Source of the DNA: the human T2T-CHM13v2.0 reference genome, Homo sapiens
DNA: 64,000 nt
Strand: one strand, 5' to 3'
NCBI RefSeq assembly: GCF_009914755.1
Contig: NC_060928.1
How positions within the stretch are numbered: position 1 is the stretch's first letter; every line of letters starts with the position of its first letter. Under the pieces are notes generated by a model. That model worked only from the letters and a program-made list of their open reading frames with translations, was not told where the DNA came from and did not search any database. Below are positions 51,101-64,000 of this stretch, piece after piece. A program made the position numbers and the translations under genes.

Positions 51101-51610
51101 CAAAAAGAATAGGTGGCTTATATTTTTTCAACATGTGGCATATGAAAATAAAACATTTGCAATCCTATTTCACATGCACATTAATTATGTAAAATTAGAA
51201 GCACTAAGGGTAGGTCATTAAGTGCTGATTAGACAATAATATTATGTGTTCTCGCAGCATTGGTAGTAAGGAACTACGTTTACTTCCAAAGGGCGGAAAG
51301 ATCATTAAAATTTTAATTTGTTTCTCAACAGTTCAATTATAAAATGCTTAATGTGATGGACTTTAACCTTATGGGACTTAACACAATTATGGGACTGTTC
51401 CAGTATACCTTGCTCTCTTGTGTTTATTTTCTCAAAAGATTAGGCACTTGTAACTGTTTTAAGATCATTCTTGACTGTAAAATACTTTATAATGTCTTTC
51501 TTTTACTTCCTACACTGTTTCTATTTTTTAGATGTCTGGCAAGGTAACTTCAAATGAAAAGATAAATGTTTATCTTGCTGAAAATGAAAACTTTCAAGTA
51601 TACCTTTTAA

Positions 51611-52132
<522 letters not shown>

Positions 52133-52506
52133 TAAGTAGCTTTACCATGCTAACAAAGACATCCCTAGTTTTCCCCCAAATAAAATAATTGTAAGTTTGA
52201 TCAGCTAATTTTCACTAATATGAAAAAACTGAAGAAAAACTCAGAGAACTGCATTTTTCTTCCCATACTTCACTTATGTAGTTTAACTAGGGTCTTCTGA
52301 AAATTGCCCTGTCTATGTCTCAACATTTAAACAGGAACTTTAGTCAAGATATCGGGGCAACATTCCCAGAAGTTTAGTTAGCCAACGGTGTTTGGACTTT
52401 GAGATTGCAAGTAACAGAAAACATTTTCTAAATTTATAACAAGAATGCACATAAATTTGCCAGAAGCTAAAGGCATACAGTTTGAAGATGAAGCAAATTG
52501 TCTAAA

Positions 52507-52670
52507 GCTGGGTACAATGACACGTGTCTGTTGCCTCCGCTATATAATTTCAGAAACTCAGAAGGCTATGTGAGGATCATGTAAACCCAGGAGTTCGAGG
52601 CTGTAGTGCCCTGTGATCGTGTTTGTGAAGAGCCACCTCACTCTGGGGCTGGGACATGTAGGAAGACCAT
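52507..52670 (+). mobile_element. FAM-like fossil Alu monomer
   Basis: ccaggagttcgaggctgtagtgccctgtgatcgtgtttgtgaagagccac matches the FAM-type extended segment; possible TSD aattgtct. Confidence 0.75.
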
Positions 52671-52926
52671 GAGAAAGAAAAATAAAGAAAAGAAAGAAGA
52701 GAAGAGAAGGGAAGGGAAGGGAAGGGAAGGGAAGGGAAGGGAAGGGAAGGGAAGGGAAGGGAAGGGAAGGGAAGGCAAGGGAACGGAAGGGAAGGGGAGG
52801 GGAGGGGAGGGGAGGGGAGGGGGGAGGGGAAGGGGAAGGGGAAGGGAAGGGAAAAAGGGAAAGGAAAAAGGGAGAGGGAAAGAGAAAGAAAAAGAGAAAG
52901 AAAGAGAGAAAGAAGGAAAGAAAGAA
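52671..52926 (+). repeat. Polypurine compound repeat (GAAGG)n/(GGAGG)n/GA-rich
   Basis: about 256 bp almost entirely A/G. Confidence 0.97.
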
Positions 52927-53469
52927 TTGAATTGTCTGAGATACGTATTTCAAGTAATTAGTGAATATATGATATTTGAGGTAATGCTTCTGGATGACAT
53001 AACTCAGGAAATGCGCACCAGTATGGAAGAGAAGCACTCAGAGGAATAAGCAAATGAACATTTCGTGGTTTATGTTTACATTTATTTAGCATGTAGTGTC
53101 CCGTTTACCAAGTGAAAAAGGATGTGGAAAGAGTGATCATAAACCACCGATGTCAAAGGCCACTGAATAAATGAGTTATCCAAGGTATGAGAATTAGACA
53201 ATTTATTTGGCAAACTAGAGGCCATTCATGATCTCGATTAGAAGTAGTTTGTTTCTTTGGTGGTGATGGGTCTGATTAGAGAAACTTCAAGAGAAAAATG
53301 GAAGTAAACAAGACACTGTAAAGAGGATTTTAAAAGTGGTTTGCTATTGAGATATTGGGAGGTAGCAGCAGTAGAATATGGTGTCAAGAGAGGGAGTTTG
53401 TGTTTTTCTGTCATTTCTTTTTTAGGTTAAGATGGAAGCTATTATAACATATTTGTATGCTGGTGATAA

Positions 53470-54845
53470 TTGGCTATTCACTTGCTGAAACTGGACCTTT
53501 ACCTCACCCCATATATAAGAATCAACTTAAAAGAGATTAAAAACTTAAGTATATGACCTGAAACTGTAGAGGAAAACATAGCAGAAAAGCTCCATGGCAT
53601 TGGTCTGGGCAATGATTTCTTGGATAAAACCCCAAAAGCACAGGCAACAAAATAAAAATGGAACAGACAAATGAGACTAGATAAAACTAAAAAGGTTTTG
53701 TATAGCAAAGTAAACAATTAACAGGATGAAGAGACAATCTATAGAACAGGGGAAAATATTTTCAAATTATGCATCTGATAAGGGGATAAATTCAAAATAT
53801 TTAACAAACTCAAACTACTCAATAACAAGGAAATAACCCTGCTAAAAAAAAAATGACCAAAGAACCTGAATAGACATTTCTCAAAAGAAGATATAGAAAT
53901 GGCGAACAATAATATTAAAAAAAAGTGCTCAACATCACTAATCATCAGGGGAATACAAAGTAAAACCACAACAAGTTTTCAATTCATCATACCTGTTAGA
54001 ATGGCTATCATAAAAAAGATGTGTTGGTGAGCGTGTAGAGGAAAGGAAACAATATATATTGCAGGTAGGTATGGAAATTAATACAGACATTGTGGAAAAC
54101 AGTATGGAGTTTCCTTAAAAAACTATAAACAAAACTATCATGGTATCCAGCAATCCCAGTTCTGGGTATATGTCCAAATAAATTGACATCAGTATGTTGA
54201 AGAGCTATCTGCACTCCCAAATTCATCACAGCATTATTCACAGTAGCCAAGCTATAGAAACAATTTAAATATCCATCAGTGGATAAGTGGGTAAAAAAAC
54301 ATGGTATATATTCACAATGGAATACCATTCAGCCTTTAAAAAGGAGGAAATTTTGTCCTTTACAACATCATGTATAATCTAGAGGGCATTATGCTCAGGG
54401 AAGTAACTTAGGCACAGATAGATAAGTACCATGTAATATTACTTACATGTGGAATATAAAAAAGTTGAATTCATAGAAATACAGAGTGGAATGGTGGTTA
54501 TCAGAGGCTGGGGGGTTGGAAAGAATGAGGAAAGAGGAAATGTGAGACAAATGGTACAAAGTTTCAGTTAGGTAAGAAGAGTAAATTCTTCTAGTCATCA
54601 ATTACACAGGATGGCAACTATAGGTCATAATAATGTATTGTATATTTCAAAATTGTTAAAAGAATCGATTTTAAATGTTCTCACCACAAGGAATGTATAA
54701 ATATGTGAGGTGATAGATATGCTAATTAGACTGATTTGATCATTCTAAAACATATACATGCATCATAACATCACATTGTACCCCAAAAAGATATGCAATT
54801 ATTGACAATGATCAAATTAAATAAATAAATAAATACAGAAAAAAC
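53470..54845 (+). mobile_element. LINE-1 3' part (L1MA-like)
   Basis: aaactggaccttt...agacatttctcaaaagaagata...; L1MA 3' UTR ttttaaatgttctcaccacaa...catcacattgtacccc. Confidence 0.92.
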
Positions 54846-55157
54846 TCAAAATGAATGGAAAATTTATAAAGTAAGAGAGGGGGATAAGAGGGGGACAATT
54901 GTCAGAGAAGTTTACCTATAAGGAAATTAAGATACAAAGCATTGAGAAACTTACCCATTTCCATAGCTGTTAAGTTTTAGAGCTTCAGTAAAATTTCAGA
55001 ATGCCTCACTCCAGAGATTCCTTTGTTAATTTCTACTCTATGTTGTCTTTTCCTGAGTAGAGGAGGGAATAATTAACCAGGTCATTGTAAACTAGGCATA
55101 TATTGCAAAATATATTCATTGTACCAGCCTATAGGTAAGTGAGCTCCTGACCAGTAT

Positions 55158-55466
55158 TCTCTCTCTCTCTCTCTGTTTTGAGACAGGGTCTTGCTCTGTC
55201 ACCCAGGCTGGAGTACAGTGGTGCAGTCACAGCTCACTGCAGCTCCACTTCCTGGACTGAAACAACAATACTCAGCCTCTTGAGTATCTGGGACTACAGG
55301 CTCATGCCACAATGGCTGGCTAATTTTGTTATTTATTGTTGTTTTTTGTACAGATAAGGTCTCACTATATTGTCCTGGCCAGTCTCAAGCTCCTGGGCTC
55401 AAGGAATCCTCCCACTTCAGTCTCCCAAAGTATTGGGATTACAGCTGTGAGCCACTGCACCTGGCC
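55158..55466 (-). mobile_element. AluJ with (CT)n tail
   Basis: gagacagggtcttgctctgtcacccaggc...ctcctgggctcaag. Confidence 0.92.
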
Positions 55467-56704
55467 TATAGGTGCAGTGAGCCACTGCACCTGGCATATA
55501 GGAATTTTAATGGGCATAAAATTCCTATATGGATGTTAAAAAAAGTTCTAATGCAGACCACAGAAAGAATCTATTTTGAAGTGCTGTAGAAAATTAAAGG
55601 CTATCATCCCCAAAAGTTGTATGTAAGAGGAGCAGGCAGCAGAGCTAACCAGAGCCCTGGCCTACAAGCCTAAGCAAAAGCACTCACCCATCACAATAGG
55701 AAGGCAGAACAAGGAAACCAAGAAGTGTAAGCTTTTCTTTTCTTTTCTGTCCAGGCCAGAGTAGAGCAAGTTCACCAAGTTCAGCAAAATCTCCAAAACA
55801 GTGACAGTGAGACACATTGTTACCCACCTCATTAGGACAGGAAGATAACTTCATTAGATAGAAATATGTGAACAAAACATGTTTAAATCATATTACCATA
55901 TACATAAATCTAAATACTAACAATTTTCCACTCTTGCCTGCATGGTCAAGAAGCATATATTCCGGGTGCCCACTCCTCTAGAGATCCCATCCATGTTTGC
56001 TGCACCTTCAGAATGTGAGTTCAGAGGCACATGCTGGGATATTATGCCTTACAGGTGATATAGATCTATAGGACATGACTTACGTTGTGCTATGTCTTCA
56101 TCTTCTGCATACCAGGTTTCTCTGCACTATGGCGTCTGCCCACCAGATTAGCAGGTGGAGACCAGGTTTTCAGCTGTCCTCCTACAGGACGCATATAAGC
56201 ACACTCCAAACAAAAACAGCTTCCCAGTGCCTGAGCAACCAATGCAAGCTTTCACCAGGGGACAAAGTTATCTCCCATCCAAGAGAGTGTAGCACTTGAG
56301 AGAAGGTACAATTCATCTGAACATAATTGACACTTGAGAGGTCTAAACTCATTCTAGTGGCCATATAAGCTAACTGACTTTCCCGTCTTCATAATTTTGT
56401 CCATAATCTAAATTATAGGCCAATCTAATTATCTGGTCTTTTCAACACAACCATCCTGTTATGTAAAAATTTTAGATTCATGCTTTCTTTTATTGCTCAC
56501 TTCTTTATTGAAGCAGCACTCATTTATTGTGCTATCAGAAACCCCAATTCTATGATAATTAACTCATTTATTCCTCAATATTCATTTTCCCCATTTGGCA
56601 TAACTGAATTCAACTTATTCCTGAGGTTACCACTTCTTCATCCTTCTCAGGTGGACACTCCTTACTCTTTTGTGACTCACATATCTTAAGATCCAGATAG
56701 CAGC

Positions 56705-56900
56705 AACAACTAATATTTAACAAGTACATACTCCAATGCCTTTTAGGTTTATTATCTCTGAAATTTCATTAGTATTCTTATTAACACTTTTCAGATGAGA
56801 AAATTCAAGCACAGAGATCAAGTAAATTTTCCCAAAGCCACACAATTGAAAGATACAGAAACAAAAAGTTCAAAGAGCCTGAGTCTAATCCTGATATGCA
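56705..56900 (-). mobile_element. MIR fragment
   Basis: tttcagatgagaaaattcaagcacagagatcaagtaaattttcccaaagccacaca. Confidence 0.75.
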
Positions 56901-57129
56901 GTCAGAATCTTCTTGCCAACATGCCCCTTCCTTTTATTCAGAATATATCTGAATATACATTACAGTGAAGATGGCACTGAGAACTCTGAATGCAATGGGA
57001 ATCAGACATTGGATTCTTATGGATAGTGCTGTGTCTCCCTGGTAAGCACAACATATATGAAAGCAAATTTTAATTTAGAAGTTACTAAGTAAAATGTATG
57101 AGGAATAATGCTGCATATACCCAGTAAAA

Positions 57130-58155
57130 GATTAAAGTCCATTGATCAATTCACTATAAATGCACAGGTTTATTTCCGAACTCTTTATTATTTTTATTCT
57201 TCTTTTAAAAATAATTTCAACTTTTATTTTAGATTCAGGAGGTACATAAGCAGGTTTGTCACATGGGTGTATTGAATGATGCTGCAGTTTAGGTTATGAA
57301 TTATCATCACCAAATAGGTAGTTTTTCAATATTTGCCTTCATGTCTTTCCTCCCTCTAGTAGTCCACAGTGTCTATTTTTCCCATCTTTATGTCTATGAG
57401 TACCAAAGGTTTAGCTCCCACTTATAAGTGAGAACATGTGGTATTTGGTCTTCTGTTCCTGTATTAATTTGCTTAGGATGATGATTTTGATGCATGTTGC
57501 TGCAAAGGACATGATTTCCTTCCTTTTATGGCTGCATAGTATTTCATGATATACATGAATCATATTTGCTTTATCCAAAACACCACTGATGGGAACCTAG
57601 GTTAATTCCATGTCTTTGCTATTGTGAATAGTGCTGCTATGGACATAACAGGTACATATGCCTTTTTGGTAGAATGATTTATATTTCTCTGGGTATATAG
57701 CCAGCAATGGGATTACTGGGTTGAATGGTACTTTTAAGTTTTTCGAGAAATATCCAAATGCTTTCCCTAGAGGTTCAATTAATTACATTAATTGAATTAC
57801 ATTCCCACTAGCAGTGTATAAGCATTCCCTTTTCTCTGCAGCCTCATCAACATCTGTCATTTTAAAAATACTTTTTAAGAATAGCAATTCTGACTGGTGT
57901 AAGATGGTATCTTGTTGTGGTTGTGATTTGCATGTTTTATTGGTCTTATATGTCTGTCTCTAACCGGTACCATACTGTGTTTATTACTGTAACTTCAGAA
58001 TATATTTAGAAATCAGAAAGTGTGATGCCCCCAGCTTTGTTCTTCTTTCTCAGGATTGATTTACCTATTTGTGGCCTTTGTAGTTCCACATGAATTGTAG
58101 CATTGTTTTTATCTATTTCTGTAAAAAAAAAAGTCTTTGAGATTTTGATAGGAAC
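57130..58155 (-). mobile_element. Nested L1s: L1PB/L1MA-like 3' end (~57190-57933) inside an older antisense L1 ORF2 fragment
   Basis: older L1 ...ggtttatttccgaactct resumes as gttttattggtcttatatgtctgt after the younger 3' UTR block. Confidence 0.8.
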
Positions 58156-60197
58156 ATACTGTGTTTTTAAAAGTGATAAATTATTCTTAAGTTTAATTAA
58201 AGCTTAAGTTGACAAAAAATTTTTTCTGAATCTTTGGGAGAAAACTTCCTGTATAATTAAATGTTTGCTTTTCCAAAAAAAGAAATGTATTCAATCATTC
58301 TTTAAGAAAATTGGTCCTTTGGAGAAACACTCTTCCACAAAACTCTACAGCAGGTGGCAAAACTGTTCTCATTGTTCTAAATGTGGGCCTCCTAATTTGA
58401 GTCCCAAGTCTCATTGAAAATGACTGCCACAGGCATCTAAGGAGAGGCTATCTTTGCCTTTTATGACTATTTGATTTTCTTGAGGAATGACTAATTATTA
58501 CAGACTTCCTGCAATTGATTTAATTATGTAGTTATTTTGTGATTCACAAATTCTGCTATTTCAAAATATGCTGTTTGCAAATTAATTCTTAAAATTTCAA
58601 AGCTTTGACTTTGTCTCATAGATTGGTATTCATCTCTAATTGAAATGAGATGAGTGAAGCCAATGCATAACCTAGTACACATTAAGAGTTAAATAATGTT
58701 AAAGAAAGCTAAAAGGAAAAGAAAAACACTCCACCTAAAAAGGATTACAAAAAGCCAATAAACATGGAGTATAAGGCTTTATATTTCATTTCAGTGTAGA
58801 CAGATACATGAGTATGTATCTTGACTTACTACAGAGTTTATCTTAAATTATTTTTCACAGTTACATTGCTCTTTGAATTAAACATGCATTATTAAAATAA
58901 TCTTAATGGAGAGAAGACATTGTATTTAAAACGGTAATTTATTTTTGCGGTAATTAGTTTTTTACTTATTGATGTATTTGTTAACCCAGATTTGTTTAGT
59001 GTGGACTTTATGAAAGCTTCAATAGAAAGAGGTTTTTATAGTTGCATGATGACTGAAGACTTGGTTTTCATGCCTAGGAAGGAGTCTCTTAAACTTGGTT
59101 ATGTATTGACAAGACTTTACCATATTTTAGAAGAATCTTACTTTAATAACTCTAACCACAACAGTGTAATTATCCAAATGCTTTGTATTCTAAATACATA
59201 CAGCATGCTTTGGCAGAGAGCATCTGCAGCCAATGTCTAAGCAGTTATTTCAGCCAGAAAGTCAAAACCATATCATCTGAAACTCATGTCTGATATTGTT
59301 TTACCTTTAGGTTTAGCCAATTAGTATAAAATTAGTACAAAAGTAACTCTTGCAGCAGTTTTTTGGAATTCTCTCGCAAAATAAGGGTATTCCAAACTAA
59401 AGCACAAAAACCTAGAAAAACGTATTACACTGCAAAGCATGTCTCTGAATAAGAACAGAAGGATTTTCATGTGTGGCGTTGTTTCATCCTGGAATTCTCT
59501 TTTCATTCTAATCTAAGAAGCTGCTCTGTGAGCAGTTTTATTTAAATAAGTGTTTCAAGAAAGCATTGATTTTATTTAAGGCAGTATTGAAAACTTATTT
59601 TCTCCCTTGTACTTTTTTTCTAGAAGATCACACAAAAGTAGTTATTTATGCATTTCATTGCTCAAGTGGAATACCATAAAATGGGACGTATTTGAAATAT
59701 AGGTACTTTCATACAACTGAGTACCCCCACAAAGTACTTGTTTGTTCAAATCTTCTAGCAATTTATTTTTATCTTCTAAGGAAATGCATTATGTTTCTTT
59801 TGATGTGATATTCCAGCGCTCTATTGCAGGAAGGACAAGTATTTGCCTAATTCTTTTTGGTTTTTATGTCCATCACTGAAATCTGACTTACAAACATGAG
59901 TTATTTGTGGAAGTAACATTTGGTAAAGTAACATAATGAGTATTAACTTTTTAAATTCCTCCTGTAAAAATCAAAGAAATTTGTCTTCGCTTTTTCCATG
60001 TTTAAAAACTATCTCACGTATCATGAAGACTTCATATTATCATGAATTAATATTATAAGACATAAAATTCCTTTAGGGTTAATTTCATCACTAATGGTAG
60101 TAGGTATAATTTCAGCTAATCTTCTTACTAACTAGTTTTAGGTAAACTTTTGGTCAGATAACCTTGAGAACATCATTGTTTCAAATGCATAACAATG

Positions 60198-60600
<403 letters not shown>

Positions 60601-61660
60601 TTACATTATTTGTATTATCTCCATTCCACAGATTGTCTGTCTTTTATCCTTTCTTGCATACTCTTTTAGAAGTGTTTTAAACCAATTATCCTTCTTGCTT
60701 TAACTTAGTTAAAATTAGTGAATATTTATAAATCTACTTAAACGGTCAAGTATGAAACACAATATGGTACAATGAGCTTAACTATTAACTCTTCCACATT
60801 GTAAAGCACTCACTCTTTCTTCAGGCAATTCAAATGCTGTTTGTGACGTGTGACTGTTTGATAAAGACCAACAGAGCATGTCCTAGCCAATCTATATGTT
60901 AAATATTAATAAAGCTTTTTAAAAATAAAAAAATGCACATAGTATTTTTTATATGCTCTTCTGACACCTTTAACGAAACTAACCATTTTCTGGACCACTG
61001 CTCTAGCGCTTGCTGTTAGAACAGTTCATACCTGAAAAATAGAGCAAGTTAAATTAATGAACTATGAAAATTTTCTGAAAGTTAAATGTTGAACATCCAA
61101 GTAGAGTCATTAAACTTGTAAATAGAAATAACAAACAATAAAATGCGACATTTATTAGGAAAAATATACATATCAGTAATATGGTAATTTGAATAGGAAT
61201 ATAAAAGTAAAATTGCCAGGAAACACAAACATTAATAACTTTTAATTAGAACGCATTGGAAAGGAAGTAGGAATGAAAGAAGCAAGTTATTGAACTTATT
61301 CATAAAGAGCAAACCTAAATTTATTCTAAGTTGTTAGTGTTCACATAGTCTGCAGCAGTGGACAAATCAATGTTAATTGAGTTCTAAAGCAACGCATGCA
61401 GGAAACCGCTTTCAGTATTATGAACAGTAGCTACATACGAAAAGGCAGCTTTGAAATTAAATACAATTTAATTCAGTCCTGAATACTTTTATTGACATAA
61501 AAATTGCTAAGAGAATGAATAAATTATATGCACTTCTAATGCTGCGTTATTTTCTTTCAAACACTTTATTATGCAAATATTTGAACTTGCAGCAAATTTG
61601 AAAGAACTTTTTAATGAACACCCCAAAATTCACTACCCAGATCTACTATTAAAATTTTAC

Positions 61661-61907
61661 GGCTGGGCTCGGAGGCTCACGCCTGTAATCCCAGCACTTT
61701 GGGAGGCCGAGGCGGGCGGATCACGAGGTCAGGAGATCCAGACCATCGTGGCTAGCACGGTGAAACCCCGTCTCTACTAAAAATACAAAAACAAAATGAG
61801 CCGGGCGTGGTGGCGGGTGCCTGTAATCCCAGCTACTCTGGAGGCTGAAGCTGGAGAATGGTGAGAACCAGGGAGGTGGAGCTTACAAGTGAGCCGAGAT
61901 AGCACCA
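61661..61907 (+). mobile_element. Alu (Y/Sc-like), 3'-truncated, no polyA
   Basis: ggatcacgaggtcaggagatccagaccatc; ends abruptly at gagatagcacca. Confidence 0.92.
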
Positions 61908-61987
61908 TGAATTCATCTTATTTCTATCCATTTAATGCAAATTGCAAACATCTCAACAATTTCCCCTAAATACTTCAGCATGCAGGG

Positions 61988-62281
61988 TTTTTTTTGTTTG
62001 TTTTAGATGGAGTCTCATTTTGTTGCCCAGGCTGGAGTGCAGTGGCGCGTTCTTGGCTCACTGCAACCTCCGCCTCCCGGGTTCAAGCGATTCTCTGCCT
62101 CAGCCTCCTGAGTAGCTGGGGTTACAGGCGCCTGCCACCACGCCTAGATAATTTTTATATTTTTAGTAGAGAGTGGTTTTACCATCTTGGCCAGGCTGGT
62201 CTTGAACTTTTGACTTCGTGATCCACCCGCCTTGGCCTCCCAAAGTGTTGGAATTACAGGCATGAGCCACCGCGCCCGGCC
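61988..62281 (-). mobile_element. Alu (AluS, Sg-like)
   Basis: antisense dimer; TSD cagcatgcag (61976-61985, 62282-62291). Confidence 0.94.
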
Positions 62282-64000
62282 CAGCATGCAGTTTTTTATA
62301 AAAAAAAAAAAATTTACATGAAATGAAATACACCTATCTTAAGTGTACATTCCTCAACTGTTGCTAAATACATGCACCTGTGTAGCCTAAACTTCTACCA
62401 AAATATAGAACATTACCATCCAAACCAGAAAGTTACTTTATTACCTTCCTAGGAAATCTCCACTCCTGCCCAAGATAACTACTGATGATGTTTTCCATCA
62501 AGATGCTGCACTTTTCTAAAAGTGATGAGCTACTAAGTATAAAGGAATTACTTGTATCTTCAACTCCTGGGCTTCTAGATTCCAAAGATATCAACAATGA
62601 CACCTTTCTCATTAAAATAAAAATATTTCAAATTATCCTTGTAAAATATTTAAGCACCTTTAATGTAGTTGAGTAAAAATTGAAGAGTTTTTAAACTAAA
62701 AGGAATTTATTAAAATGGAGGCTGTGTTTACTCGGGGAGTGAATTAGGTAACTTCTAATCAAATCCCAGAGGGCCGGCAAGTTTATTCGCATTATGGATG
62801 AATAACAACCACATTTCTTGTTCTTCAAGTAGTTGATTATCTTACAAATTTAGATCCACTTATGAAATTGCTAAGTAGCTCAATACCAGCCGTGTAGTAG
62901 ATACACAACAAATATTTTTAAATGGAATAAAAGAGTGAATGAGAACAAGAGAATGAATGCAAAGGGAACTGATGCTTGCTGTGTTTAGGGCATGTGACTA
63001 ACAGAATGCTACATGCTTTCAATAATGGTGTTTTTCCATAAAACTATTCTGCAAATTAGGCATGCCTTTCACACCGTGAATGCTTCATACATCACTACAA
63101 CCACTAAAATGCGCCACTATAACTGCTGGAATGTACAGGCCCTAACTAAGGAGTTTTTATCCCCAAGAACATCAGAGCAGCAATTGCATTAGTCATCTGC
63201 AGTAAGGTTAACTAACCTTTTTATACCCCCAAAGTTTTCTCTGTGTCTGGACCAGAGAGGAGCAGCTTAAAAGAGATTTTATAAATATACACCATTGGCA
63301 TTTACTAATCTATTGCTCAATTATTCTAAAAATGGGAAAAATAGCAACTAATTTTTCTGGATCAGATAATTGGTAAGTAGAGAGACCTACAAAATCTCTG
63401 ATAAGTGGGATACATACATTACTAGTGCTGCTTATTAAAGGTGATTCAATGATAATCTATTGGGGAAGTGAGATGAGAAATTAGTAACGATATGCACCTT
63501 CCAAAATCAAGCTGGAAAATGGATTTTAATTATAATTCAGGGAGACAAGAGCTTGACTTCCAGTATAAAATGATGTCTATATAGAACAAATGAGACTTTC
63601 CAATTTTTTTATTTAATTACCATGCACAAAATGGAAAAAGCAAACATAAAAGGCAAAATATACAAATGAATACACAAAATAACATTAAACAAAAAATATT
63701 ACATCATTACCACATACTACCAAATAAGCTTTTATCACAATCTGGAAATACTTTTCACTAAGTGTAAAGCTGATGACTACTCATATTACACAGTCATCAG
63801 AGAAATACTTTTTAAGTACTTTGTCCTAGGGCATAATAGAAGATCCCCTGATAGTCTGTAGTCTACTTTAAGGACATTTTATAATGATTGGTGATGGATT
63901 ACAAATGAGGTCAGGAGTTTATTTCTTTTGCAGTAGTAATTTAAAATGTGTATTGCTAGGAATTCACTATTTAAGTTTAATGACTTTAAGTGATTGCAGG

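Overview
AT-rich, repeat-dense human (primate) non-coding DNA, either intergenic or deep intronic. The AluYb8 diagnostic at 11054-11363 points to human. I find no supportable protein-coding gene, RNA gene, CpG island or CRISPR array. The supplied ORFs are Alu translations, decayed L1 ORF2 pieces, simple-repeat read-throughs or short chance ORFs. The window holds about 15 Alu/monomer copies, several L1s of different ages, L2/MIR relics, MaLR/ERV LTRs and DNA-transposon MITEs. The most unusual signals are structural: an Alu with a clean twin-priming-type 5' inversion (3348-3640), a ~56-bp TSD-flanked inverted micro-L1 (32824-32879), a classical 5'-inverted L1PA (49275-51100), a ~132-bp inverted copy of nearby sequence inside an MLT1 LTR (19814-20295) and a ~100-bp dispersed local duplication (11471/12824). 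I do not see evidence of a new biological system. Subfamily names are from recall and boundaries are read by eye; both need RepeatMasker/Dfam confirmation.
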